64,000 bases of DNA from Chiloscyllium plagiosum (lineage: Eukaryota): positions 23,303,423 through 23,367,422 of the forward strand of contig NC_057734.1 in NCBI RefSeq assembly GCF_004010195.1, written 5' to 3'. The notes beneath the pieces were generated by a model. It made no database searches. It saw only the letters and a list, made by a program, of their open reading frames with translations, and was not told the origin of the DNA. Shown one piece after another: positions 12,690-24,975 of this stretch; the first letter of the stretch is position 1, and each line of letters begins with the position of its first letter. Both the position numbers and the translations under genes were made by a program.

Positions 12690-14130
12690 TTTGGATCTAA
12701 ACCCCTTGGTCTCTCTGTTCTACAACATTACCCAAAGCTCTACTTTTAATTGTATATGTCCTGCCCTTGTTTGTTTTACCAAAATGCAAAACCTTGCATT
12801 TATCCAAATAAAATTGCCACCCTTCGGCCCATAGACCCCATTGATCAAGATCTCTCTGTAACCTTAAATAACCTTCTTCACTGTACCACCAATTTTGGTG
12901 TCATTCGCAAATTTACTAACTAACCATGCCTTCTATATTTTAATCTGAATCATTAATATAAATGACAAACAAAAGTGGACCCAGCATTGATCCCTTTGGA
13001 AGACCACTGGTCACAGGCTTCCAGTCCAAAAACTAATCCTCCACCATCACATTCTGTCTATTGCTGTTAGCCAATTTTGTATCCAATTGGCAAGCTCACC
13101 CTGAATCCCAAGTGATCTAATTTTACTAATCAGCCTTGTCAAAGGCTTTATTAATGCACAAGTAAACAGTGTCAACCGCTCTGCCCTTATCAATCTTCTT
13201 GATTACTTCCTGAAAAAGCTCAATCAAGTTTCTGAGCCAGAATTTCCCTCGCACAAAACCAGACTGACTATCCCTAGTCATTCCTTGCCTCTCCAAAGGC
13301 ATTTAAATTCTATCTTTCAGAATCACTTTCAACAACTTACCCACCACCTAAGTCAGACTCACAGATATATTGTTCCCAGGCTACTCATTACATCCTTTAT
13401 TAAACAAAGGCACAACATTAGCCACTCTCCAGTTCTCCAGCACCTCAACCCTTTCAAGTTTCACAACATCTTTCCGATAGGAAGGAGACCAGAATTGCAC
13501 GCAATATGCCAACAGTGGCCTAACCAATGTCTTGTACAGCCGCAACATGACCTCCCAACTCCTATACTCAATACTCTGACCAATAAAGGAAAGCATACCA
13601 AATGCCTTCTTCACTATCCTATCNNNNNNNNNNNNNNNNNNNNNNNNNNNNNNNNNNNNNNNNNNNNNNNNNNNNNNNNNNNNNNNNNNNNNNNNNNNNN
13701 NNNNNNNNNNNNNNNNNNNNNNNNNNNNNNNNNNNNNNNNNNNNNNNNNNNNNNNNNNNNNNNNNNNNNNNNNNNNNNNNNNNNNNNNNNNNNNNNNNNN
13801 NNNNNNNNNNNNNNNNNNNNNNNNNNNNNNNTACCTTTGAGCCAGTTCTGTATCTAAATGGCTAGTTCTCCCTTTATTCCATGAGATCTAACCTTGCTAA
13901 TCAGTCTCCCATGGGGAACCTTGTTGAACGCCTTACTGAAGTCCATATAGATCACATCTACTGCTCTGCCCTCCTCAATCTTCTTTGTTACTTCTTCAAA
14001 AAACTCAATCAAGTTTCCCACACAGAAAGCCATGTTGACTATTCCTATTCAGTCCTTGCCTTTCCAAATACATGTACATCCTGTCCCTCAGGATTCCCTC
14101 CAACAACTTGCCCACCACCACTCAGGTCAG
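12690..14130 (-). mobile_element. Two CR1 fragments (older 12690-13440; young 13448-14130, spanning the assembly gap)
   Basis: Reverse-strand RT text homologous to 8.9-9.7 kb. Confidence 0.85.
13624..13831. other. Assembly gap (N run) inside a CR1
   Basis: Continuous Ns. Confidence 1.
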
Positions 14131-14159
14131 GCTCACCGGTTTTTAGTTCATAAAATGCT

Positions 14160-15985
14160 CATGCATTTTATGGACCAGAGCCAGAGGGACAACATGTGAT
14201 ATATCGAGGGCTAGATGCCAGTAAAGATATTGAACAAATTACAGAAAGTTGGTTCCCTGGTGATGCAATTGCTCAAAAAGATTAGATAACTAATAGGATG
14301 CCGCAATGTTGAATAGACAGGAAAATCTATTGGAAAATGCAAAATTGCTTTAATATCTAGGAAGGCTGATAAGGGGCAATGGATTGGTAGAATGACTTAG
14401 AAGAATGGAAAATAAGTAAGTATAGATCAAACTCCAGTAATGACTAAGGAGATGTATTCCTGCTGAGGAATCACTCGCGTACAGGTAAAGTATATCTGAT
14501 TAGGCTTCACACAGCATCTAAACAGTCATAGCCCTGAAAGACTTCAATGGGTTAGTAAATGTCACAGTCTCACTCAACAACACAGACTTCCCAAATATAG
14601 AAGCAGAAATCCCCTTCACCAAGAGGTGTTTGTAGCTATCAAACAAACTGGGAGATAAAGCTTTCCAGGAGACTTAACAAAAGAGTTCGAAAGTTGAGAA
14701 GAATGCGGCATGTGTTTAGCGTTCCAGATAGAGGTCAATTTTATCATATAGATGGGTTTGCACAGAAAAGGTCCCACCTGACAGAACTTATAAAGCTAGG
14801 ATGATAGCAAATATGTAAAATGCTGGAGAAACTCACCAGGTCTGGCAGCATCTGTAAACAAAGAAAGATAGTTAATGTTTTGAGTTCAATCTGACGTCTT
14901 CGAGGTTAGTAACAAGGGTTTTGAACAGAGCTTAGAAAATAAAGGTTCTTCTATGCAAGATTCCCCAAGGCAGTAAAGGTAATTTTGAAATTTTATTTAG
15001 CTACTTTTTCACAGGAAAAATATAAATTGCTTTTCAGTAGGAGATCACCTTCAGAAGGTGGTGTTTCCACAATTTCAATTGGAAGCAACAGACTTAGAAG
15101 GAAACTTTGGAAATTAAATGTGTATAAGGTTTGTCAGATGATTCCAGGGTGTGATACTTTCCAGTGTGTGCAAGGGCCAGTTTGTTAAAGTTACATCTAA
15201 CCAAAATAAGATCTCGCCTTGTTTTATTAGCACCATGATGGAAAACCTTCGGGTATCTTTATATTGCACATGAATGAAGTGGTGCTCACTGATTTGAAAA
15301 TAAGTTATTTTTAGGATTAGAACAGGATTTAAGATTCACAGTCAGGCTTTTAAATATATTGGGTTGAAAATAAGGTTGAGCGTGGCAGCTGTTACCGAGC
15401 TTCAATAATTCGACTTAAAAGTATGTTAACCCTATCACAGACAATTTTGTGCCAAGTCCTCGCGAAAAGACACAGCTGATTTCAAAGCTGAAATGGACTA
15501 TCTGCAAAGTCTAATTAGACAACTGAATTGACTGGACACACACAAATCAGACGTAAGATTTGATATCTGAGAATGCAAGTACTATAATGACAAGGTCAAA
15601 GAACTTGTACCAGTAAATGAAATATTTTATAAAAGAAGAAACATGAACTGAAATTTCCATCTTTTGATGAATTTATAAAAATAATTGGTTTTATTGATAC
15701 CTCTTGTACAGTTGTGTTTTCAAGCTGACGTAGTTTCACGATGTGTGTTATTGGAAAAAAGGAAATGTTGCACCTTGGCTTGGGAAACCAAGAAAATGGG
15801 ACTAACAGAAAGTGCTCTGCTGCTGAAATGGTTGCATTTTTTAAGGCAGTTGACATGGCATTCTTATCATGGATATTAAAAAAAAAACTATTATATTAAG
15901 CAGAGGCTAATGGAAACCTACCAAATGTTGCCGTTCTTAGAATAACGTGCACTTTACAAAATGTGTGAAGGAGAAGAGATTGGCC
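14160..15985 (+). mobile_element. Heavily decayed Ty1/Copia-type RT-RNase H remnant (protease-region remnant at ~10620-10920)
   Basis: Fragmented motifs RWVCTEK..YKAR/LVTRGFE, GIFILHMNE, FKYIGL, QLN.L, LAWETKK and DNVHFTKCVKEKRL. Upstream motifs PLLLSK and LNFTQSG..YIPL. Confidence 0.68.
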
Positions 15986-16239
15986 CAGAAATTCTGATCC
16001 ATGTCATAATCCATTTTTGAAACTGACCAGATCACAAAATATCCACGTCTCTTTTAATGACTCTTGCTCTGGAGATTTTTGGATAAGGGCCTCCTATTTA
16101 GAAATTTTTCCAGGAATCACTGAATCGAACAGTGGAGAGAATCAGTGTGGAAACAACACCCCCTTTTACAGCACTAAGTGCAGTATTTTGAAGTTTTCCA
16201 GTAGACACTTTGAAAGCTATCGTGAAAGGGCAAGTTTAT

Positions 16240-16850
16240 AAGGCAAAAGAAGTGCATCTATTGCACCCAGTGTGGTCTCCTCTACATGGGTGAGACAGGA
16301 TGCCTTCTTGCGGATCATTTCAAAGAACATCTCTGGGACACCCGCAACCACCAACCCCACCCCCTCGTGGCTGAACACCTCAACCCCTCCCACTCCATCA
16401 AGGACATTCAGGTCCTGGGCCTCCTCCACCACCAAACTATTGCCGCCTGACGCCTGGAGAAGGAACGCCTCATATTCTACCTTGGGACCCTGCAACCATA
16501 CGGGATAAATGTGGATTTCAACAGCTTCCTCATTTCCCCTCCCCCCACATTATCCCAGTCCCAAGCCTCCAACTCGGCACCACCATCCAGACCGGTCCAT
16601 CACTGCCCCCCCTGACCTATCACCTTCTCCCTCACCTTCATCCACCTATTGCTTTCCCAGCTACCTCCCCCAACCCCACCCCACCTCTCATTTATCTTTC
16701 AGCCCTGACCCACAAGCCTCATTCCTTAAGAACAGCTTATGCCTAAAACGTCAATTCTCCTGCTCCTCGGATGCTGCCTGACCTGTAGCGCTTTTCCAGC
16801 ACCACACTCTCGACTCTGTCTCCAGCATTTGCAGTCCTCAGTTTCTCCTA
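16240..16850 (+). mobile_element. PLE 3' fragment (GIY-YIG remnant + pseudo-LTR with decayed hammerhead)
   Basis: Decayed IYC..CGLLY.GET and RLEKERLIF.LG motifs. Ends in the same ...cagtcctcagtttctcc terminus as the foldback family. Confidence 0.75.
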
Positions 16851-18154
16851 AATGAGGAGTATAGCTTGAGTAAGTGAGAAATGACAGGATTTTGAGGAGT
16901 TAGTGTGCCAAGAAGGTGAAGTACTTGTATGCTAAGTGGGTGGGGTGGGTTGGTTGCCAAGAATGCAGATGAGTACTTAGGGCATATAAGGGAGAGTCCA
17001 GGTGGGAGATGTCAAGTCAATGGGGGTTATTGTGTTGGAACTAGGAGTGTGAATCAGGTTGGATCAGTAGGGTTGGATCTCAGGAGAGGTGGCAGTTGTT
17101 GGAAATGGTGGGGCACATAGGGATCATGGCGAGTAAAGTTGGGGGTGCTATGGAGAGTCAGGGATTCAGTTTAGTAGTTACCCAGGAGTTACAGAAGGTT
17201 TTTAAACTTTTAACATTTCCTGACTAACTATTACATTTAGGAATTTTCTCAGAGGGTTCCAGATGCAGGAATTTGCGTACTGGACTTTTCAATTTTCCAT
17301 GCAATTTATTCAGAGACTGAACACATTCAGAGTCAGTGTTTATGTTGGACTGAGGAGTGCGAATAAAGTAATGTGGAAGACAGACCAGTTCCTACCTCCT
17401 ACATTACTAGATTAATATTGACCAGATTAACACTTGTAACTATTTTGATAATATTTATTTCTTAACCAACATCACATACAGAAACTGGCTGTTGTATTTT
17501 GCTATATTGCAACAATGACTACCATAAAATTTCATTGGTGCTTTCCAGTGTCCTGAGGTTGTGAAGGGTGCTGCATTAATGCAAGTCTTTATTCTTTTAC
17601 ACCCACAACTTATTAATAAAATCATAAATTTCCTACAACCAGACTGATAAATGGGAGGCAGTTGGGAGTTTCTGCAAGCATTTCTAACATTAAACTATCT
17701 CTTTTCAGAATTGTGCCCATTTTTAAATATATTTGTTATGGTTTTTATTTTTGTTTCATAAATTATTCAAACAAAGAAGGAAAATATAAAGAAGCTATGT
17801 ATAACTTTAAGAAATCTGAGCAATCTGGTTGGTATGTTTTGTGGTAATTCCAGTTTGCTAGATCTGGAAAGATTGATTAATTTAGTCCGCCAGTTTTTTG
17901 ATCCTTGCTTGTTGTAGACTGATAACTTTATACTTTGTCCACTGAATGTCCACCTTTAATTCTGACGTGAAGGGCAAGAGAATAATAATTTAACATGTTT
18001 CAAAAAGTCAGATTGCAAAGCATTTGAATTACAATTTCTTTTTGTTACCCCCTGTTTAACTTTCAGTATTATGATTTCAGACAAGGAATCAAAAGCAGAG
18101 GAGTTTTACAAATATTGTGAAAATGAACACTAAACTAAATTGAAGAAATCCAAC

Positions 18155-18314
18155 CTGTTGGTGGAGGTTCCCCAGTTTGAGCATGCTGTTCCAGTATTTC
18201 TTCACTACCAAGCCAACAGACATGGATGGACCTACTGACTTAGAGGAAGGAATACACTGTTCCTTTGTAAGAAGATCAACATAGTGTGTGAAACTCTGCA
18301 GCAATAGCACCAAC
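18155..18314 (-). CDS. CCDC157: CCDC157 coding exon 2 (LVLLLQSFTHYVDLL...KLGNLHQQ)
   Basis: Acceptor ttctgtag|G completes the Arg codon from the previous exon. GPSMSVGLVVKKYWNSMLKLG resembles human [21 protein letters not shown]. Donor CAG|GTTGGA, 160 nt. Confidence 0.9.
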
Positions 18315-19699
18315 CTACAGAAACAAATACAAGGTATACTTAGAATAGTGATCATATTAACTCTTTAGTTCTACTCCAATTTAATATCTTAAGTATACAA
18401 GATTTGAATTTAACATTATGTTTTTTGTAAATAGGAGAGAATTTGTTACAATGTATTCAATCCATTGTATAAACCAATACTTGGGAAAAAGATAAATGTA
18501 ACGCGTCATTTTGTAGTGCCAGTTTTACATTGCACTTATATTTGGTTAATCATTCAGCAAAGATGATGTCACATTGTTATCCTATCAATTAAATTAAGCA
18601 TACCATTATATGGTTTCCCAATTCCATTTATTTGTACAATTGCTAAGGTTCCCTTGGTATTTGTTATATATATTTACAACTCTGTCTGCAGCAGATAAGG
18701 TAGGTGTTAGAATAATTTTACGTGAATTATGCAAGATGCGATTTACAAGGGAGCTAGAAATGCTCTTTCTGACACACGGATCTTGTCCATACAACGCCAC
18801 ACAGAAAACCACGACTTTGGAGGCAAGTCTGCTGTACTGAAGTAAATTCCAACTATTTATAGAAGAAAATGTTCTTATTGTACGTGCTCAATTTCAATAC
18901 TAAATGAATGGTTTTCAAGTGCTTAAAATTCTACCCTATCTGTTGTAATTAAATTATCCTTTGAGGGGTCCCATTGCAAACACAATAAAAATGGCATGAT
19001 TTCAAATGAGCCCAAGAGCTGTTGGGCTAACTGACCTCAGGAAATCATGTTACAAGTGAGAAAGTGTACAACCACAACTTGTTGGATATTCATTCACATC
19101 TGGTGTGATTCTGGGTGCAGGCTCTAACATTACACTTTATCCACTATTTCAATGGGGATGCTCTGTAATGCAGTGGTGGTGTTCCCAAGCAGACAGTTCA
19201 AGGTTTTAATTTTTTTTTCAATTTCTTTTATTTAACCTATTTTCTAATCAACCTGTTCAGAAATGTTATTACACACCTCTGGAACAAGTGGGGCTGGAAC
19301 CCAGGCCTCCTAGTCCAGAGGTAATGGATACTACCACAAGAGCCCTTCACAGGTTTTTAATGGATAAATGCAACGTTTTATTCACGTGGTGATCCGTTGG
19401 TCTGAAATGTTGACATCCTCAGACCTACTTCTCTGATATTATTGATTGAGCTACATCCTATACATAGGGAAATTCTCAAACACAGCAATAGATTTCCATA
19501 CAAGTCGCATCAAGTTCACTTAAAAACATTATATTCATTATGAATATTTTTTGCTTTTATGGGTTTTTGTAACTCAAATGTGCTTCAAATATTCATTTTT
19601 CAGGTACAAAAGGCAAAATAATGTAAATGCTGGAAATTTATACACAAAATGCTGAAAATACTCAGATGGTTAGTTGAGGAGAGAGAAACAAAGTGAATG

Positions 19700-21250
19700 T
19701 TGCATCTTTGTAATGAAACAAAGAACTGCAGATGCTGGAACTCTATGAAGAGTAAACAGAGTTAACATTTTCGTGCCCAGTGAAACACCAGTTTCATCTT
19801 TAGTTTTGGGATCCACCTAGAATCACAACAATCTCCATAATGTACAATGTTCCTCGAGCAGTTGTTTTCGCCTAGATCCAACCTTAGTGCCATGTAGTGT
19901 AATATTCGCACTCTCAAACTTTCTCTGTCCATCAGCACTGCCTCACACTGTCTCAGAGCTGTGCTGGACCCCAGTTTAATTTTCCAGTTCGTTCGGAGTT
20001 CTAACAAGAAACTTTTTCTCTCCCTGTCAGACCTCAAGGAGCACAACCTGGAACAACTTTGAGATACCCACATTGCTCTGGAACATCACTCTCCTCCCTT
20101 TCTCCATGACTCCATGCTTTCTCCTGATCCCACCACTTGTTGGGTATTTACTATTCCTTCTGACCTTCCAGTCTTTGAAATTGATCTTTCTTTACACGGC
20201 AAAGGTCTTAGTTTTATCCCTTTACACCCTACCTCAATGAATTTCAGGAACGAAAATGTTGAACTCTTCTTATGTCACCTTTGTGCCCACTTCTTTTGAC
20301 AAGAGTACTCTTTCAATCTCACAAACGCCTTCACCCACCTCCAACAGTCTCCTTCCACTTGGACCTCTCCCTCTGGCCTTTTACCTGCACTCTGTTCATC
20401 AAGAACTATCAATGTAACATCAGTCACCTTAATTTTTCTGCCCCTCTCACCCATTCAAGCCTGCCTCCCTCTGAACTGACTGCACTACATGCTCTTGAAT
20501 CCAATTTTGACTTTGTCATCAAGCCTGCCAACAAGAGTGGTGCTCTTGTTATGTGGCACACTGACTTCTACATGTGGAGGCTGAGCACCAACTCGCGGAC
20601 CCCTCTTCCTATCTACCCTGGTCCGTAACCCCATCATCAAACATCAGGACATGTGTCCACAACTGTCACCAACCACATCTCTTCTGGTGATCTCCTCACA
20701 ACAGCCTCCGAGCTCATTGTCCCTCAACTCCATTCAGAGCACTTCTCCAAACGTACCTTCCAGGTGAAGGAGCAGAGTTTTATGGGCTCTATCCACAGAA
20801 AATGACTTGCCAACATTTTTGTTGTAGTCCTGCTGCAATGTTCCAGCAAACCTCAGCACAAGCGCAAGGAACAACACATCATTTTCCACTTTTGGATCCT
20901 GCAGCCTCTAGGACTCAACATTGAATTCAATTATTTTACAGTCTCATTCTATTCTTCCATGTTTTCATTATCTCTTATTCAGCTTTGCTTCTGTCCTGGC
21001 CTGCTGTCTATTATCTCCTTGTTTACCTACTCCTCATATCTCTCACTCTCTCTCTCTAGGCTCTGTCCCAAAATTCTGGTTGTTATCTCCCCCCCCCCCC
21101 CCCCCCACTTCGGCTTCAGCATAAATACCAGTTTTTCCTAAACCAACAGGTTATGATGAAGGGTCACCAGACTCAAAATGTTCATTCTGCCTTCTCATTG
21201 ATGCTGCCAGACCTGCTGAAATTTTTCCAGCAATTTCTGTTTTTGTTTCA
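19700..21250 (+). mobile_element. Old, internally deleted PLE copy
   Basis: KGLSFIP and FVIKPANKSGALV motifs of the PLE N-terminal/RT region. Decayed hammerhead and terminal repeat at ~21150-21245. Confidence 0.65.
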
Positions 21251-21664
21251 ACAGTGTGTCTTTTTGTCAGAGTTGGACCATGTTGCACATTTGACGTGTT
21301 AAGCAGGCACAAAGGCAGAGAGGGGAAAGGGACAAAAGGAAAGGTCCATGACAGGGTGGATGGTGAAATGACAAAATGAGGTGGGAACGGGTCCAGTAAA
21401 GAAACAAAAAGATGGGTCAAGAGGAGATGCAAATGATGACAATTTAATGTAAGATTGAGATCCAAGATACTGTAACTCGGGTTGTTCCTGCGTGGTTAAA
21501 ATATTCCAACTTTGTGCATGTACAAATTGCATTCACTGTAACCTCACCAATCTGTGGAAGCTGCATTTAGAGTGATGGCTTTTGGTGTACATTTGGAGAA
21601 AACCTTTTGTTAACTTATGCCTGTAGTCTTGTACATTTCCAGAATCATTATATTCAATTAATTC

Positions 21665-22125
21665 AATACAACACAGGAACAGGCCCTTCGGCCCACCAAG
21701 TCTGTGTCGATTCCTAGTCTTATTTCAACCCACTACTTACCACCCATATATGGTTTCTATCCCTGTGTTCACCTCACATTCGTGTGCCTATCAAGATACG
21801 CTTTAATTGTTGCTAATGTGTCTGCTTCCACTGTCTCCAATGGCAGTGTGTTCCAGGCATACAACACCCTCTGTTGGAAAGGTTTTCCCTGCACTTCTCT
21901 CCTAAACTTGCCCCTCTCACTTTGAACCTTTGCCCTCACGTAGTTAACCTTTTCACCCTGGGAAAAACCCTCTGACTATCCACCACATCTATGTCTGTTA
22001 TAACGTTATCCTCTATCAGATCACCCCTCAACCTCCAACTTTCCAGTGAAAACAGTCCAAGTTTATCCAACCTCTCCTCATAACTAAAACCCTCCAGACA
22101 AGGCAACAACCTGGTAACCTTCTCT
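21665..22125 (-). mobile_element. CR1 3'-end fragment (similar fragments at ~25710-26075 +, ~33035-33305 +, ~36345-36640 -, ~63470-64000 -)
   Basis: Remnants of the CR1 ORF2 C-terminus (LFSLE.RRLRGD, FFTQRVV..WN.LP). Confidence 0.75.
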
Positions 22126-22526
22126 GATGTTAACCCAGCAACTAGTCCAATGTGTTTTTATTTTATTTAATCCAGTTGCTGCAGCTTAATTGACCTGTGC
22201 CATTGTCAGCTGCTTGCTCAGTTGCTCAAAAACGGATCTTTCAAAATGCAACAATGCCATCCGGTGGTCAATAAGTACAGCAAAAGATTTATTAGTGAAC
22301 TTGCAATTTTATACATTTTAACTGCAGAAAGGGTACCAGAACATTTCATAGAGGGTAATATGCACAGAAATCACAAGCAGGAGATTTTGGAGAGCGAACT
22401 GAAAATGGGATTAATAGTATTGCTGTGGTATTCCTCCTTAAGCCCCCTCACATAACATTTTCCAGTACATCAAAGACTGTACTGGTTTTGTATCTTGCTC
22501 TCATCTGGGACTGGAAATGTTGATCA

Positions 22527-22893
22527 ATTTTGCTTCCAATTTCCACCTTCTGCTCATCTTTATTTGGTCTATTTCTGGGAGAAAGTGAGGACTGCAGATA
22601 CTGGAGATCAGAATCAAAAAAGTGTGGCGCTGGAAAAGCACATCAAGTCAGGCAGCATGGGAGGAGCAGGAGAATCAATGTGTTGGGGATAAGCCCTTGA
22701 TCAGGAAAGGTAATTCCTGATGAAGGGCCTATGCCTGAAACATTGATTGTCCTGCTCCTTGGATGTTGCTTGACTTGCTGTGCTTTTCCAGTGGCTCACT
22801 TTTTGATTCTGATCTCCAGCATCTGCAGTCCTCACTTTCTCCCAGAAGTAGACCAAGTAAAGATGAGAAGAAGGTGGAAATTGGAAGCAAAAT
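22527..22893. repeat. ~370-bp imperfect palindrome: foldback PLE-derived element plus inverted ~50-bp flank
   Basis: Arms contain gagaaagtgaggactgcagat... and its reverse complement. Hammerhead core ctgatgaagggcctatgcctgaaa at ~22717-22740. Confidence 0.85.
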
Positions 22894-24372
22894 AACTTAT
22901 CCCCATCCCATAACACCATCCTATGCAAATTACAGGAGTGTAACATTTGTCCTTTTAGCTCCTCCCTCCTGAATCACTCCATCCAGGTGAAGCAGCAATT
23001 TACTTGTATTTCCTTCAATCTAGCCTGCTGTATTAACTACTCAAGATGTTGTTTCTGCTGCACAGATGTGTCCAAATGGAGACAGGGTAACCATTTTGAG
23101 TAACATCTCTGCTCAGTCCACCAGTTAACTTGACCTTCCAGTCATTTGCCACTCAATATGCCATCTTACACTCATGCTCTCACCTCTGTACTAAGTGTTC
23201 TGAAGTGTTCCAGTGAATAGCACTTCATTTCTGTTTAGGCATTTTACAGCCTTCTGCACTCAATATAATTTCAACAACTTTAAACCATGAACTCTGTCCT
23301 CCAATTTGATAATTCCAAAATCCGCCTACCTGCATTTCTATATCTTCTTCCTATGTTTATGTTTTCAATCAGATCAGACCTACGTTCTGGTATTAACACC
23401 CACTTCAGATGTATGCTTTGCCCTTTCTCTACAACCATTACTACTGCCTTTGCTTTTGGTTCTATGACATCTTTGACCTCCATTCTCCCTCACCCTCAAA
23501 CCTTTCCTTGACTTTCCCTTCTGTTCCACTGCTTCTTGCCACATTCTTCAACAGTTGAAAACTCAATTTTCCATCTGTCTTTAGTTTTGAAGAGAGATAT
23601 TAGACTTGTAACAATTACACTGTCTCTCTCTCTCTCTCCTCAGGTGCTACCAGACCTGCCAAGTGCTTCCAGCATTTTCTATTTCAGATCTCCAGCATCT
23701 GCATTATTTTGCATAATCAAAAACATAGTTTTCACAATCTTGAATATAGAGCTGGAGGAGATTGCAGTGATAGGATAACTATAAGGTAACTGAGGAATTT
23801 GAATCTGATGTAAGGAAAGAGAGCAAAGGAATCGGGCATTATAGATGAGCAGGCCTTCATGGGTGATGTAGTGTACGCAGTACAAGTTGGAATGAGATAC
23901 AGTTTTACAAAGGAATAAATTCGGGAAGAAGACAAGATGTACATTGGAGAAATTGATTCCAGAACTGGCTAAAGTGTATAAACAGTGAATGAAAATAGGA
24001 CAGAGGTTGGTCATGCTACAGAGCTGGAAATTAGCAATCTAGTGAGGGATATTTGATTAGAACTTCAGCTTGTGGTTACTTTAGACAACTAGGGTGTAAA
24101 CTATCTGATACAATTTAAAGGAGCAATCAGAAAGAAGATGAAATTGTATGCCTCAAGTCTTATTAAGGATCAATTGGAAGAAGTACTGAATCATTGTCAG
24201 ACAAGCAACACTGAATGGATTATGAAGTCAAGGGTGATGAAGGAGAAGAACTGGGTGTCATCAACATAAATGTGCTAACAGTTATTATGTAGAGGTACCA
24301 GTATTGGACTGGGGTGGACAAAGTCAGAAGTCACAGGACACCAGGTTATAGTCCATTAAGTTTATTTGAAAT

Positions 24373-24407
24373 CACCAGCTTTCAGAGCACTGCTCCTTCG
24401 TCAGGTG
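24373..24407 (-). ncRNA. Hammerhead-like motif, third family, probably inactive
   Basis: CAC-CUGACGA-A-GGAGC/agu/GCUCU-GAAA-GCUG-GUG. G at the cleavage position breaks the NUH rule. Confidence 0.55.
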
Positions 24408-24699
24408 AAGTGGTTATTGTAATTGAAGTGTGTAAATGAGGAAGAGGATTGTGAATCTAACAGGCAAAGCAGGGGCAAGAGAAGAGGAGAAGGGTGGGAC
24501 CTTAAGGTCGAAGTGGAGGAGGGAGAATGGAATGTTGGATTAAGCTGACTGCCATCAACAGTCAAAAAAGATGATCAAAGTTACACTGGAGAAATAGAAT
24601 ACTGCAGGTGCAGAAACTCTGAAATCGAAACAGAAAATGCTGAAAAAAAAGTCAGATCAGGTAGCATCTGGGGAGAAAATAGTTAACTTTTACATAAGA

Positions 24700-24975
24700 G
24701 TCGAAAAGTGTGGCGCTGGCCAAGCAAGTCAGACAGCATCTGAGGAACAGGAGGGTCAACGTTTCAGGCAAAAGCCCTTCATCAGAAATGTGGCGGGGTG
24801 GGGGTGCTGAGAGATAAATAGAAGGGTGGGGTTTGGGGTGGGGGGAAGGTAACTGGGCATGCGATAGGTAAATGCAGATGGGGGGGTGGGTGATAGTGAT
24901 AGTTGAGAGGGGAGGGTGGAGCGGATAGCTGGGAAGGACGATGAACGGGTGGGACAGTTCAAGACAGCGGTGTCA
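24700..24975 (-). mobile_element. PLE pseudo-LTR fragment with hammerhead core
   Basis: Reverse complement of the 16.6-16.8 kb family. CUGAUGA-A-GGGC/uuuu/GCCU-GAAA-CGUU on the - strand at ~24757-24786. Confidence 0.7.

Noticed and set aside
13285-13865. ORFs containing X runs
   Set aside because: Artifacts of the N gap within an antisense CR1.
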